Assembly (NCBI GenBank): GCA_021463465.1
Contig: JAJTYH010000003.1
Span: 275,549 to 339,548 of the forward strand
Source of the DNA: a bacterium
GTDB taxonomy: Bacteria; Patescibacteriota; Dojkabacteria; SC72
DNA length: 64,000 bases
Direction: 5' to 3'
The notes under the pieces were generated by a model that saw only the letters and a list, made by a program, of their open reading frames with translations, was not told the origin of the DNA and did not search any database. Positions 47,144 to 56,672 of this stretch are shown piece by piece (positions within the stretch are counted from its first letter, which is position 1; every line of letters begins with the position of its first letter). The position numbers and the translations under genes were made by a program.

Positions 47144-48238
47144 ATGACTTTAGATAAAGAGATTTCAAACTTCATAACGGAAGCTGATGATTATAAAAAA
47201 ACTTTTTTAGGATTCCCTATCAATTTATCATACGAGTGGAATGGTGTTATCAAGTCAGGCTCAGTGTATTTGAATAATTGTGGAGATCCATTTTACCCAC
47301 CATCCTGGCATAATCACTCAAAACGATTCGAAATAGAAGTTATCAAATATTTTTTAAAATGGTTTAAATCGGATTTTAAAAAAGGTTGGGGATATGTTAC
47401 CTCAGGTGGGACTGAAGGTAATATGGAGGGCTTATTCATAGCTCGCGAGAAGTTCCCTGATGGGGTTCTATATTTTTCTAAAGATACTCATTACTCAATG
47501 GAAAAGATTGCAAATATTTTGAAAATTAAGTATGAGATCATAGATTCTTCGGAAAATGGTGAGATAGACTATGTGATGCTTGAGGATAGGATTAAATCTA
47601 ATCTCAAGTATCCTGTGATACTTTCATTAAATTGTGGAACCACATTTAAAGGAGCTTATGACGATATAAATAAGGTGAAAGCAATTTTGGATAAACTTAA
47701 AGTGAGGGAGAGATATATTCATGTTGACGGTGCGCTTTCAGGCATGCTCCTTCCTCTTATTGATCAAAACCAACCTTTTACCTTTGAAAACGGAATGGAC
47801 AGTATTGCTGTTTCAGCTCATAAGTTTCTTGGGTGCCCAATTATCTCAGGTATCATTTTGACCAGGAGGGAGTATGTGAATATGATTAAAAGCAAAGTCG
47901 AGTATATTAATTCCCATGACACGACAATAATTGGCTCTAGAAACGGTCAGGCACCGCTATACATTTATTATGCAATTAAAAAGTATGGTTTTAATAGGTT
48001 TCGGTCTGATGCACTCGACTCGATTAAGAATGCAAAATACTTAAAAGAGAAACTGGCTGAAATTGATTACGAACCGATTCTGCATCCAAATTCAGTAACG
48101 GTGTATTTTAAAAGGCCAGATGATTCTATTATGGAAAAATGGCAGTTATCAGGGCAAGGTAAGCAAGCGCATGCTGTAGTAATGCCCCATGTGACGAAAG
48201 AAATGATTGATAATCTGATTGAAGATCTAAAAAAGTAG
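47144..48238 (+). CDS. hdc: Pyridoxal-phosphate-dependent decarboxylase of the bacterial histidine decarboxylase (HDC) type
   Basis: GWGYVTSGGTEGNM, FPDGVLYFSKDTHYS, ALSGMLLPLIDQNQPFTF and the PLP-lysine motif SAHKF.GCPI are collinear with Gram-negative PLP-type histidine decarboxylases. Substrate specificity is not proven. Confidence 0.7.
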   Translation: MTLDKEISNFITEADDYKKTFLGFPINLSYEWNGVIKSGSVYLNNCGDPFYPPSWHNHSKRFEIEVIKYFLKWFKSDFKKGWGYVTSGGTEGNMEGLFIAREKFPDGVLYFSKDTHYSMEKIANILKIKYEIIDSSENGEIDYVMLEDRIKSNLKYPVILSLNCGTTFKGAYDDINKVKAILDKLKVRERYIHVDGALSGMLLPLIDQNQPFTFENGMDSIAVSAHKFLGCPIISGIILTRREYVNMIKSKVEYINSHDTTIIGSRNGQAPLYIYYAIKKYGFNRFRSDALDSIKNAKYLKEKLAEIDYEPILHPNSVTVYFKRPDDSIMEKWQLSGQGKQAHAVVMPHVTKEMIDNLIEDLKK

Positions 48239-48401
48239 GTCTTCTTGATTTGCTTTTGCCTAAAGTCTTGAAGTTATATTAGAGTATTCCTTATAAATCC
48301 GATGCAAAAATTCTGAACGATTTGTGAGACTAATGTTGTAATCCTTGGGTACTTATCCTTTTGTAACTTACTTTTTTGGCTATAGCGGAGTATAATACCC
48401 T

Positions 48402-49442
48402 ATGGGATACTTTGCGGATGAATTGAAAATAAGGGAAGCTGATGTTGAAAGAGCCAATATTAGTTGGCCAATTATAGATGCAACCAATCCATTTTTACAT
48501 GGTCTCGAAGATAGTTTTGACACTGTTTTAGGTTCCCTTGAAAACTTGGTTATAAAGAGGAGCAATCTAGGTGCAGCAGGTATATATTTGCCCAAAATTG
48601 ACTCAGATATGTTGGAAGCATTGAAGTGTCAAGCAATAAAGCAGGAAGCACTACCTGTAATTGATAGTCATATGGGTGTTAATTTCATTGAAAACGGGTC
48701 TCAAGTTTGGCGGAGACTCCTCTTCCTAACATTCAAAGGGACTAAGTTGTGGAGTGAAGTTATTGAGCCTCATTTCAACCATATATTACTAGGTCCCATC
48801 CTTAGGGGAAGAAAAACAGAAGATGTATTTGTCTATGATATAGATGTTGAAGATCAGCTTTTTTTTGGAGTCCCGAGTAGTACGAAAAAAATAGCAGGAT
48901 GGATTGACTCACTGATGAGTAGGGTAGATCTTAATTCAAAATTCAGTACAAATCTATGGTCACTACACGCACATATTTCAGATGAAATTCGGAAATCTCA
49001 TGGTATATCTCGTCCTGACGAAAACTTAGAGGAGTGGGAGAGGTTGTATGAATACTATTGGAGATTAAACGAATCTCGGCTAGTAACGAATGAAATGAGA
49101 GAGTTTATGATTGGTCGAACCTTAGTGACTATTTCGGTTGACCTACCTTCAGTATACTCTGGGCAACAAATGGCTGAGTATTTTCTTAGCCCAAAAATCA
49201 AAAGGTACTTTGTTAGTCAATTAAAATCAGGCAAGTTAATAAACTCTGAATACTTTACAGATCCATTACTTAAGCATTATGCAAATAATATGTATAGCTA
49301 CCTAATGTCGATGAGTGATGTAGGTGGAAGGCAGCTTACAGTAGAAAGTATTGGAGAGTATATCCAGAGCTATTTAAATGGTATAACCTCAAAATACACC
49401 TTTATTGCAGCGGTACGAAATGAATATTTAGAGAGGGTATAG
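48402..49442 (+). CDS. Hypothetical protein
   Basis: 346-aa soluble ORF immediately downstream of the HDC-like gene, with no recognised motif. Confidence 0.5.
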   Translation: MGYFADELKIREADVERANISWPIIDATNPFLHGLEDSFDTVLGSLENLVIKRSNLGAAGIYLPKIDSDMLEALKCQAIKQEALPVIDSHMGVNFIENGSQVWRRLLFLTFKGTKLWSEVIEPHFNHILLGPILRGRKTEDVFVYDIDVEDQLFFGVPSSTKKIAGWIDSLMSRVDLNSKFSTNLWSLHAHISDEIRKSHGISRPDENLEEWERLYEYYWRLNESRLVTNEMREFMIGRTLVTISVDLPSVYSGQQMAEYFLSPKIKRYFVSQLKSGKLINSEYFTDPLLKHYANNMYSYLMSMSDVGGRQLTVESIGEYIQSYLNGITSKYTFIAAVRNEYLERV

Positions 49443-49506
49443 AGACTTTCTAACCTGTTACTCGCATTTGTAGTACAATGTTCATCCTTAGGTTATTAGT
49501 AGAATT

Positions 49507-50130
49507 ATGAAAAAGCATATTGTTTTTGATTTTGACGATACAATCGCTCCGACGTATAAAACAAATCAGCAACTTTTTTACGAAACCCTTAGACCTTATG
49601 GAGAGAATATTGACGAGGCATATGTAAAAACTCTGCATAAATCTCAAAGAGGAGCCTCAATTAAAGATCTATTCGAGACCGTAGTTAATGAATTTGGATT
49701 GAATGTTAAGGTTGACGCATTGTTATCAAAAAATGAAGAAATGCAAAAAGATAATGCATTAGATATGGCTGCTTTTACGGGAGTGAGACCGTTCCTTTCT
49801 TATTTAAAAAGTAAAAATAAGATTGTTTCTATTTGCACAAATAGAAGTAGGGGGTCGTTGGATATAATTCTTAATAAAAATAACCTATTCGATTATTTTG
49901 ATAATATTATTTCGTGTTTTGATTTAGGTTTTGAAAAGCCAAACCCTAAATGTTTGATTGATTTAATGTCCATGTATCCCGACATTAAAAAAGAGGAGTA
50001 TATTTATATTGGTGATTCAGAGACTGATACCCATTTTGCTGCAAATGCAGGAATTGATTTTATTATAGTTGATCAGTATTTCAATAATGGAGCTTTTTTT
50101 GATTTGATATTGCAGCTGTTTGTTGAGTAG
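49507..50130 (+). CDS. HAD-superfamily hydrolase
   Basis: Motif I VFDFDDTIAPT (DxDxT). A later GDSETD matches motif IV. Confidence 0.75.
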   Translation: MKKHIVFDFDDTIAPTYKTNQQLFYETLRPYGENIDEAYVKTLHKSQRGASIKDLFETVVNEFGLNVKVDALLSKNEEMQKDNALDMAAFTGVRPFLSYLKSKNKIVSICTNRSRGSLDIILNKNNLFDYFDNIISCFDLGFEKPNPKCLIDLMSMYPDIKKEEYIYIGDSETDTHFAANAGIDFIIVDQYFNNGAFFDLILQLFVE

Positions 50131-50251
50131 ATTGGACGTAGTGATGAAATATTCGCCAATATTGTTTCGTAGGGCACGAGCTTTTAACCATTTTGATTTT
50201 AAATCAACGCTTTACGCCTTCTTAAAATATAGGTATGGAGGAGAGTATTGA

Positions 50252-50809
50252 ATGAAGTTAGAAAGGATTTCGTATATAATGCCTTATATGGCAAAAGGAT
50301 TTCAAATTAGGGTAATTGGCTCAGAACCATTACAAAGTGTTGATAATAATACTGTTATTGATGAAAAAGCCCTTGCAAATATTCACAAAGAAAAGGCTAT
50401 GGATGGAGACGCTCCTTTTCCCATCAGAGAATGGTTATCAATTGATGGAGGGCAGGAAAAGGCAAGAATTGATTCACTAAAAGATGAGATTGTCCAAAAT
50501 GCCGGCGAATATTTCTATCATCAAAATGATGCTCAAATTTGTTTTAGTCACAGCGTAGTTCATGCCTTAGGAGTTGTTGCTTTGATGGAAGGTAAAGTGG
50601 ATTCTTTGGATTTACCGCACCCCATTGATTTACATAAGTCTATTCCAATTGAGTATAAAGATTCAATTACAGGTATGGTAACTGGAGTTGCTGAAAAAGG
50701 GAATGCCATTGGCTATATGATTAAACTAATTAACTTTTTAGGTAAAAAAGAAAATAACTTAGAATTCACACTAGAAAGTGGATTTAACAGTAGAGAACAA
50801 ATATTATAG
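50252..50809 (+). CDS. Hypothetical protein
   Basis: 185-aa ORF with no recognised motif. Confidence 0.4.
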   Translation: MKLERISYIMPYMAKGFQIRVIGSEPLQSVDNNTVIDEKALANIHKEKAMDGDAPFPIREWLSIDGGQEKARIDSLKDEIVQNAGEYFYHQNDAQICFSHSVVHALGVVALMEGKVDSLDLPHPIDLHKSIPIEYKDSITGMVTGVAEKGNAIGYMIKLINFLGKKENNLEFTLESGFNSREQIL

Positions 50810-50851
50810 GAAGTTAAAAGAGGGAATATTGCAATTTTAGTTTTACCAGGA

Positions 50852-51064
50852 ATGAAGCACGCTGTTCTTGCCGTTAAGGCTACCGACGATGGTATGTTTG
50901 TATGCATTGATTCGTTAAGTGAAAATAACGTAGGAAACTATTCAGCCAAAGATATATCAACTGAAACAGCGATTATTATTTCTCCTTCAAAAAGTATTTC
51001 AAGGAAACTCATTAAACCAGCTGATACTGGCTGGTTAAAAGTTATATCCAGCACAAAGCTTTAG
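50852..51064 (+). CDS. Hypothetical small protein
   Basis: 70-aa ORF following the 50252-50809 gene on the same strand. Weak support. Confidence 0.25.
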   Translation: MKHAVLAVKATDDGMFVCIDSLSENNVGNYSAKDISTETAIIISPSKSISRKLIKPADTGWLKVISSTKL

Positions 51065-51233
51065 TTTAGGGTAATCAACGGAGTTAACTGAGAAAACGGA
51101 GATAAATATTGCGGAGGGTGTGAAAGTGTACGCGAATAATTCAGAGCTCTGACATTTTAGATTATTCTTTGAGAAAGTTAATAACCAACTCAATCAATGC
51201 TAAAATTATTCAATAAGTTATTAAAAAGTATGA

Positions 51234-51578
51234 ATGAAACTTTCTCAAAACGATGATCATATGATTTTGGTATATGTTACATGTGATAGTGTTAAGCAGG
51301 CTGAAGAGATTGGAAAAGGTGTAATGAATAAGAAATTATGTGCTTGTGTAAATATATTTGAAAACATGCGACCAATGTTTTTTTGGCCTCCAAAATCCGG
51401 GAAGATCGATAAAAGTAAGGAGGTGGTGCTTATACTAAAAAGTGTAAAGTCAAAGTATGATGAAATTGAGAATGAAGTTAAAGCTCTACACACTTATGAT
51501 GTTCCATGCATCTTTGCTATACCAGTTATATCAGTTGTTGATTCGTATTGGGATTGGCTGAACGGGGAGATGGAATAG
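51234..51578 (+). CDS. cutA: Divalent-cation tolerance protein CutA
   Basis: A CutA1-like protein of about 110 aa: ...CACVNIF...MFFWPPKSGKI...EVVLILKS... Confidence 0.75.
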   Translation: MKLSQNDDHMILVYVTCDSVKQAEEIGKGVMNKKLCACVNIFENMRPMFFWPPKSGKIDKSKEVVLILKSVKSKYDEIENEVKALHTYDVPCIFAIPVISVVDSYWDWLNGEME

Positions 51579-51601
51579 TAAATAATTTACAAACTACACA
51601 T

Positions 51602-52102
51602 ATGAAAATAATGGTTTTTACAGAAGGAACGATTCTTATGCATAGAGCTGGAGTAAATGTATCTAGGGAGGAAAGAGTTAAGCAAGTTGTCGAGGGAGAG
51701 GAGTCAGTACATGACTATAATAGCTATGTACCAAACGGTAATGCTAAGCAGAAAATCAACGAATGGGTTTCTAATGGGGCGGAGATATATTACCTAACAT
51801 CTCGCAGAGGAAAACAGGTTAAGGAAATAAAAGAAATTCTGGAAAAGTATGGATTTCCAGCTATTGGCAATCTTTGTTATAGAAAATTGCTTGATAACTA
51901 TGCTGATGTTGCAGTGCGTGTAATGCCAGATATTCTTATTGAAGATGATTGTGAAAGTATTGGAGGTGAAATAGAAATGACGTATCCGCATATACCCGAA
52001 AAGTATAGAAGCAAAGTTAAATCAGTAATTGTAAAAGAATTTGATGGGATTGATAGTTTACCTGATAGTTTAAACGAGTTATCCACGAAGTTCACGAAAT
52101 AG
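51602..52102 (+). CDS. Hypothetical protein
   Basis: The supplied ORF starts at 51548 and overlaps cutA. The Met at 51602 (MKIMVFTEGT...) avoids the overlap. Function unknown. Confidence 0.4.
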   Translation: MKIMVFTEGTILMHRAGVNVSREERVKQVVEGEESVHDYNSYVPNGNAKQKINEWVSNGAEIYYLTSRRGKQVKEIKEILEKYGFPAIGNLCYRKLLDNYADVAVRVMPDILIEDDCESIGGEIEMTYPHIPEKYRSKVKSVIVKEFDGIDSLPDSLNELSTKFTK

Positions 52103-52267
52103 AAACGGGACTCTCACCGAGCAGTGAATTTTCAATAAGGCGAAATAAACAAGCCATTAAGGGATTCTACCTTCGAACCTAGGGTTATCCAAATTCATCA
52201 AAATTTAGCCTCTTTTCATCCACTAGGCTATTTATTTGAAATAACTGAATTTCAAATCAAAATAGCT

Positions 52268-52351
52268 CAATCCCTACAAAGGTTTTGAAGCATAACAAAC
52301 GAGTCTTGTGGGAACATATGAAGTATGGCGGGACATACGAGTCTGGAACCC
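52268..52351. repeat. Direct repeat copy A, carrying a degenerate copy of the tRNA-Asp 3' end plus downstream flank. Similarity extends upstream to about 52213.
   Basis: caatccctacaaaggttttgaagcataacaaacgagtcttgtgggaacatatgaagtatggcgg is near-identical to 56589-56652. The next 20 nt are a decayed match to the tRNA T-arm. Confidence 0.65.
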
Positions 52352-52434
52352 AAAATGAGAATGAGACAAATGAGACACATAAAAAAGAATGATTGAAAAA
52401 TCTCAATTGATCAAAATAGGAATAGTTGTTTACT

Positions 52435-53289
52435 CTATAATTTTGACAATTCAAACCCTGTTAACCCATTTATGACACTAATTTTCTCATTAATATTATT
52501 TTTAAACGGTATTTCTTGAGCTGAAAGTGTCTCATACGTTGAGGTATATTCATCAAACATAGCCCAGTCACGATGACCTCTTACGGCTTCATTATTAAGA
52601 TATGCAATTACCAATTGAGAATTAAACTCATTATATTCTTTTAGATCCTTAACTAATAAAGACAAATTATTAGCTAGACTTTCGTCACTAATGCTTGCAA
52701 TAGCCTTGTACAAGTTCTCAATTTCATTTTGACAATCTAAACAATCCTTAGGTTCCACATATATTTTGTCATCATCAAATAATCCTTCGCGATGATAATC
52801 CAGTTTAGTATTATATTCGTAGATTTCATCACGAACTTTGTTGCAGAACATATCAAAATTAATCTTACTCAAGCAGTTGTTCTCTTCAAGCTCTTTTACT
52901 TTCGCCGCTCTTTCCTTTGTGAGAATTCCTCTTGGATTCTTAGGATCGCTACCAGGGTTACCAAATCCCCAATCCTGATATCCTAATGATATTGAATAAT
53001 AATTTGAGTCAATAATAAAACTTTCAAAGCTAGTTTTAAAAGCTAATTTTGAGTGGTAGTCTGAATCAATAAGTTCATAATACTTCCTTGTAACCGTAGA
53101 CTTAAGATCATCAAACTTATCTCTATAAATATATCCCACTATCACTATTAATAGAACAAGTAGGGAAAGAACAAAAAATAAGGATAAGCCTTTCTTACTA
53201 GTTCTATACTTGTTCTTGTACCCACACTTTGGACAAATTTTAATATTCTTTTTTAAATCACTTCCGCATTGTGAACAATATTTGGTCAT
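52435..53289 (-). CDS. Zinc-ribbon membrane protein: N-terminal C4 ribbon, single TM and an extracytoplasmic domain
   Basis: MTKYCSQCGSDLKKNIKICPKCGYKN, then a TM helix LSLFFVLSLLVLLIVIVGYIY, then a domain of about 230 aa with the Cys pairs C..C. Confidence 0.6.
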   Translation of the reverse strand: MTKYCSQCGSDLKKNIKICPKCGYKNKYRTSKKGLSLFFVLSLLVLLIVIVGYIYRDKFDDLKSTVTRKYYELIDSDYHSKLAFKTSFESFIIDSNYYSISLGYQDWGFGNPGSDPKNPRGILTKERAAKVKELEENNCLSKINFDMFCNKVRDEIYEYNTKLDYHREGLFDDDKIYVEPKDCLDCQNEIENLYKAIASISDESLANNLSLLVKDLKEYNEFNSQLVIAYLNNEAVRGHRDWAMFDEYTSTYETLSAQEIPFKNNINEKISVINGLTGFELSKL

Positions 53290-54407
53290 CTAATAATAGA
53301 TAAATTTAAACCATATTTACCATTAATAATATTTGCATATGTTCTGATTTGATCATTTAAAATCGATTCCTTATCAGTAAGCTTAGACAAATTATTGATA
53401 ACTTGTTTTTTTTGATCACGAATTCTTTGTATATTTCCGTTTAAATCGTTAATTACACATGTCTTGCTAAATGATGGGCAATTTGATTTCAGCATATCTA
53501 TGTTAAATGAACCAAATTCCTCTTTTTTGTAGTAGGATAATAATTTTGTTACAGAACCATCCTTAACGATCCTAAGTTCGTTTTCATTCCCTCCAATTGC
53601 ATTATCCCATTCAAGTATCTCTTTGTGTTTTTCAATAATCTTTGAGCTGGTTTCATTATAATCCTTTAAAATCATAGTGTATTCAAGCAATACTTGCGAT
53701 AGATCCGGATCTTTAATTTCGGAAGAAAGTTTTATTAATTCTTCAATCTTCTCGTCACAATTTCGACATGTTGTATAGATATTATGGTTGATTGCCCAAT
53801 TTTGTGAGTTTTCGCATGTACTTATAAAATGTGGAAAGTTTGTACTTCCACAAAATCGGGATTCCGTAGATTTCGTATCAATCTTAATGTAGATTTTTCT
53901 GTCCAAATCAATAATTTCATTTCTCAGTTGATCACAATAATTGTCGACATTGAGTAAGCTGTAACAATTTCCCTCATCAATTTTTTTCAATACAGATAGC
54001 CGGTTATTTATTAGTTCCGTAGAGGTTAGAGGTGTATCACCGTCTAATTTATAATTTACAGTATCAAAATCTTTAGCATTTTCTACATTTATATCGTAAC
54101 CGAAAGAAGATTCGAACCAATACAAATTCATTAGGTATTTCTCATGCGAAATTTTGTAATTTCTCTTTGCATCAAAATCCACATCGTTTATTTGAGCAAT
54201 TATGTCTTTATAATTTGTAAAAAAATAGATAATTTTGTCTTTTAAAATGAATCCTCCGCTAAGGAGTAAGACAATAATTATTAAAGAAATGTAAAGGCCA
54301 ATGTTATTCTTAATGGTTTTTATTTTACTGTTTTTATGTCCGCATTTAGGACAAATGCTAATATTTCTTTTTAGTGGAGTTGCACATTGTGAGCAATATC
54401 TGTTCAT
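53286..54407 (-). CDS. Zinc-ribbon membrane protein, a paralog of the 52435-53289 product
   Basis: MNRYCSQCATPLKRNISICPKCGHKN, then a TM helix, then an ectodomain with CRNCDEKIEELIK, analogous to CLDCQNEIENLYK in the paralog. Confidence 0.6.
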   Translation of the reverse strand: MNRYCSQCATPLKRNISICPKCGHKNSKIKTIKNNIGLYISLIIIVLLLSGGFILKDKIIYFFTNYKDIIAQINDVDFDAKRNYKISHEKYLMNLYWFESSFGYDINVENAKDFDTVNYKLDGDTPLTSTELINNRLSVLKKIDEGNCYSLLNVDNYCDQLRNEIIDLDRKIYIKIDTKSTESRFCGSTNFPHFISTCENSQNWAINHNIYTTCRNCDEKIEELIKLSSEIKDPDLSQVLLEYTMILKDYNETSSKIIEKHKEILEWDNAIGGNENELRIVKDGSVTKLLSYYKKEEFGSFNIDMLKSNCPSFSKTCVINDLNGNIQRIRDQKKQVINNLSKLTDKESILNDQIRTYANIINGKYGLNLSIIR

Positions 54408-55255
54408 AGTTGTTTTCCACAGAATTCACAAAATTTAGATCCCGATTCACTTAATTCTCCACATTCTTTACACGGTCGGATATTGTATTTGAAATCAAAT
54501 TTATTTATTTCCCAGATTCTTTTGAGAATATAAGGATGGCTTCCGAGAGTTTCTCCAAGCTTTCCCATTATTTTTGACTCGACTCCTTGAAGTTGTTCTG
54601 ACAATTCATCAATATCTATGTCTTTCGCACAATTTGGGCCAGCAGATATTTTAAGAAGTGTTCTAATTAATGTGCTTTTGTCCTTTGTGCAAATGTAGGC
54701 ACATCTGTCAGATGTATATTCTGTTCTTCTGCCCCAAAATCCAAAAAGAAGCTCTGCAAATGTAAAGTAATTTCCGAGAGGAGAGATTATAGAAAGAAAT
54801 ACAGTATGACGATATTTAATATGACCCAATTCATGTGCTATTACTACCCGTATTTCTTCTGTTTCCAGATTTTCAATTATTGCAGAGTTTATGACAATTG
54901 CGTAACTTCTACCAAATCCCATTGTATAAGCATTCAAGTTAGGATTTTGAGTTATATATACATTTGGCACTCTCTTAATTTCCAAAATCTCGCAACATTC
55001 TTTTACTAATTTGTAAATATGTGGTAGCTGTGTATTCGATATTTGCAAGCTATTTCCTAGCTGTTGCATTTGAAGAAGTCTTATATAGAAAAGCCCAAAT
55101 AACAGTGAAAAGATTAATATTAGTAGATTAACTTTCAAAAGTAAGAATACGAGTAGTAAAGATATTATTAATACAACTAAGAAGGATAACGTTTCTCCCT
55201 TATATCTCAAAATTGATTTTGTCCGATTAGAAAAACGGGACATATTTATTTCCAT
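54404..55255 (-). CDS. M48-family (HtpX-like) zinc metalloprotease with a C-terminal zinc ribbon
   Basis: HEXXH in IAHELGHIKYRH, two N-terminal TM helices and the C-terminal CKECGELSESGSKFCEFCGKQL. Confidence 0.8.
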   Translation of the reverse strand: MEINMSRFSNRTKSILRYKGETLSFLVVLIISLLLVFLLLKVNLLILIFSLLFGLFYIRLLQMQQLGNSLQISNTQLPHIYKLVKECCEILEIKRVPNVYITQNPNLNAYTMGFGRSYAIVINSAIIENLETEEIRVVIAHELGHIKYRHTVFLSIISPLGNYFTFAELLFGFWGRRTEYTSDRCAYICTKDKSTLIRTLLKISAGPNCAKDIDIDELSEQLQGVESKIMGKLGETLGSHPYILKRIWEINKFDFKYNIRPCKECGELSESGSKFCEFCGKQL

Positions 55256-55379
55256 TTAGATAATAATCAATGATACGATATAAAGGTTTATTCATCAAAT
55301 TATTTTCATTTTGGGATAATAGAAAAACTATGAAAAAGATAAGGTTTCAGAAAATAAAGGATTGTGATAGATTGTAATT

Positions 55380-56318
55380 ATGAAGACAACAAAATTCTTT
55401 AGTAAGGAAATCAAACTAGGCAGAGTATTTAAAGGATTAGGTGTCTCATTAGCTTGCTTCATAATGTTAGGATTTATCTCATTCTTTGGTATAGATTCAA
55501 CTTTAAATCTGTTCGACAGATATTCCGCTACGACACTTACTCAAAAATCAGAAGTTCTTGGCGTAAATGACGAGGCTAAGTTAGTCGGAACTTATGGAGA
55601 TGTATATCCAAACGATCCTAAAACAGAATTTGTTTGGGATTGGGAGAGATCTCGAGAAGATTATTATCTATTAGAAAAGTTTATAGAAAATCCTGAATAC
55701 TTTTTACCAAGATGGAAGGGAATTGTTTCTCAAACTTGGTTGTTAAAGAATCAAAAAGAACTTAAATTAGTTTGCCCTGATCTTACAAAGGAATTAGTGA
55801 TTGCTGGAAATTATTATAACTGCACTCTTTCGTATAATGGAAAGGTTTTAAAGAAGGATGTAAGGATGACTGGAAGCTGTAAAGATTTCGATAAGCAGAA
55901 TGATTGTAGTGCTGAAGTAGCTTTCACAGTTTATTCTAATCGATGGGGAGATCATAATTCAGATGAATACATTGTAGCTAATACTTGGGCTTCTGGCTCT
56001 AAGGATTGGGCAACAGTATTCAAACTTAATAACGGAAAGTCCACGAAGCTAATGTTTACAAATGGCTATAAATCTACGGACAAACTCTACATATCGTCGT
56101 ATTCGTTTGATTTGTATGGGAAATCTTCAACTTGGGAGAATGAACAGAACTTTAATGATGAAATTGTATTTATGACAATGTTCCATGAGCCAAGTATGGG
56201 AAGTGATAATAATGTAGAAAATATTTTTGAATATTGGATGATTAAAGGAAATAATCTCGAATTTCAAAAGAAAGTAGTTGATTTATATCGGGAAGGTGAA
56301 GAACCGCATTGGTTGTAG
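55380..56318 (+). CDS. Hypothetical secreted or membrane-anchored protein
   Basis: N-terminal signal anchor GVSLACFIMLGFISFFGI and multiple Cys. No recognised motif. Confidence 0.45.
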   Translation: MKTTKFFSKEIKLGRVFKGLGVSLACFIMLGFISFFGIDSTLNLFDRYSATTLTQKSEVLGVNDEAKLVGTYGDVYPNDPKTEFVWDWERSREDYYLLEKFIENPEYFLPRWKGIVSQTWLLKNQKELKLVCPDLTKELVIAGNYYNCTLSYNGKVLKKDVRMTGSCKDFDKQNDCSAEVAFTVYSNRWGDHNSDEYIVANTWASGSKDWATVFKLNNGKSTKLMFTNGYKSTDKLYISSYSFDLYGKSSTWENEQNFNDEIVFMTMFHEPSMGSDNNVENIFEYWMIKGNNLEFQKKVVDLYREGEEPHWL

Positions 56319-56588
56319 TATCACATATAACTCTCTGGAGAAGTCGTTGTATTGAGAAGAGATTTCCGTGTCTTAGATACGTGTATAAACTTGGTCAAAT
56401 TTCTCTAATATTGCTGAACTATAAAACTTTCTGGGCTCTCAGCTTATAATTTTACATAGGTCGAATTAATCAAGCCACAAAAGGCTTTATACATCGAACC
56501 AAGAGGTGTCGAAATCTAGGCTGAAAACGACTAATTTCATCCACCAGGCTATAATTTCTGAAACTTCGATATTTGCTCAAAACTAACA

Positions 56589-56672
56589 CAATCCCCATAA
56601 AGGTTTTGAAGCATAGCAAACGAGTCTTGTGGGAACATATGAAGTATGGCGGAATGGACGGGGCTCGAACCC
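56589..56672. repeat. Direct repeat copy B, overlapping the authentic 3' end of tRNA-Asp and its downstream flank. Similarity extends upstream to about 56535.
   Basis: Matches 52268-52351. It includes the encoded CCA and acceptor/T-arm 3' half of tRNA-Asp. Confidence 0.65.

Noticed and set aside
52257-52454. 65-aa minus-strand ORF sharing PPYFICSHKTRLLCFKTF with the ORF at 56470-56676
   Set aside because: Both ORFs lie on the two copies of the non-coding direct repeat. The shared peptide is a consequence of repeated DNA, not a gene family.
52352-56588. Calling the repeat-bounded segment a prophage or ICE
   Set aside because: No integrase, excisionase, capsid, terminase or conjugation gene is present in the 4.3-kb interval. 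Only the att-like repeat geometry supports mobility, so it is reported as a finding rather than annotated as a mobile element.
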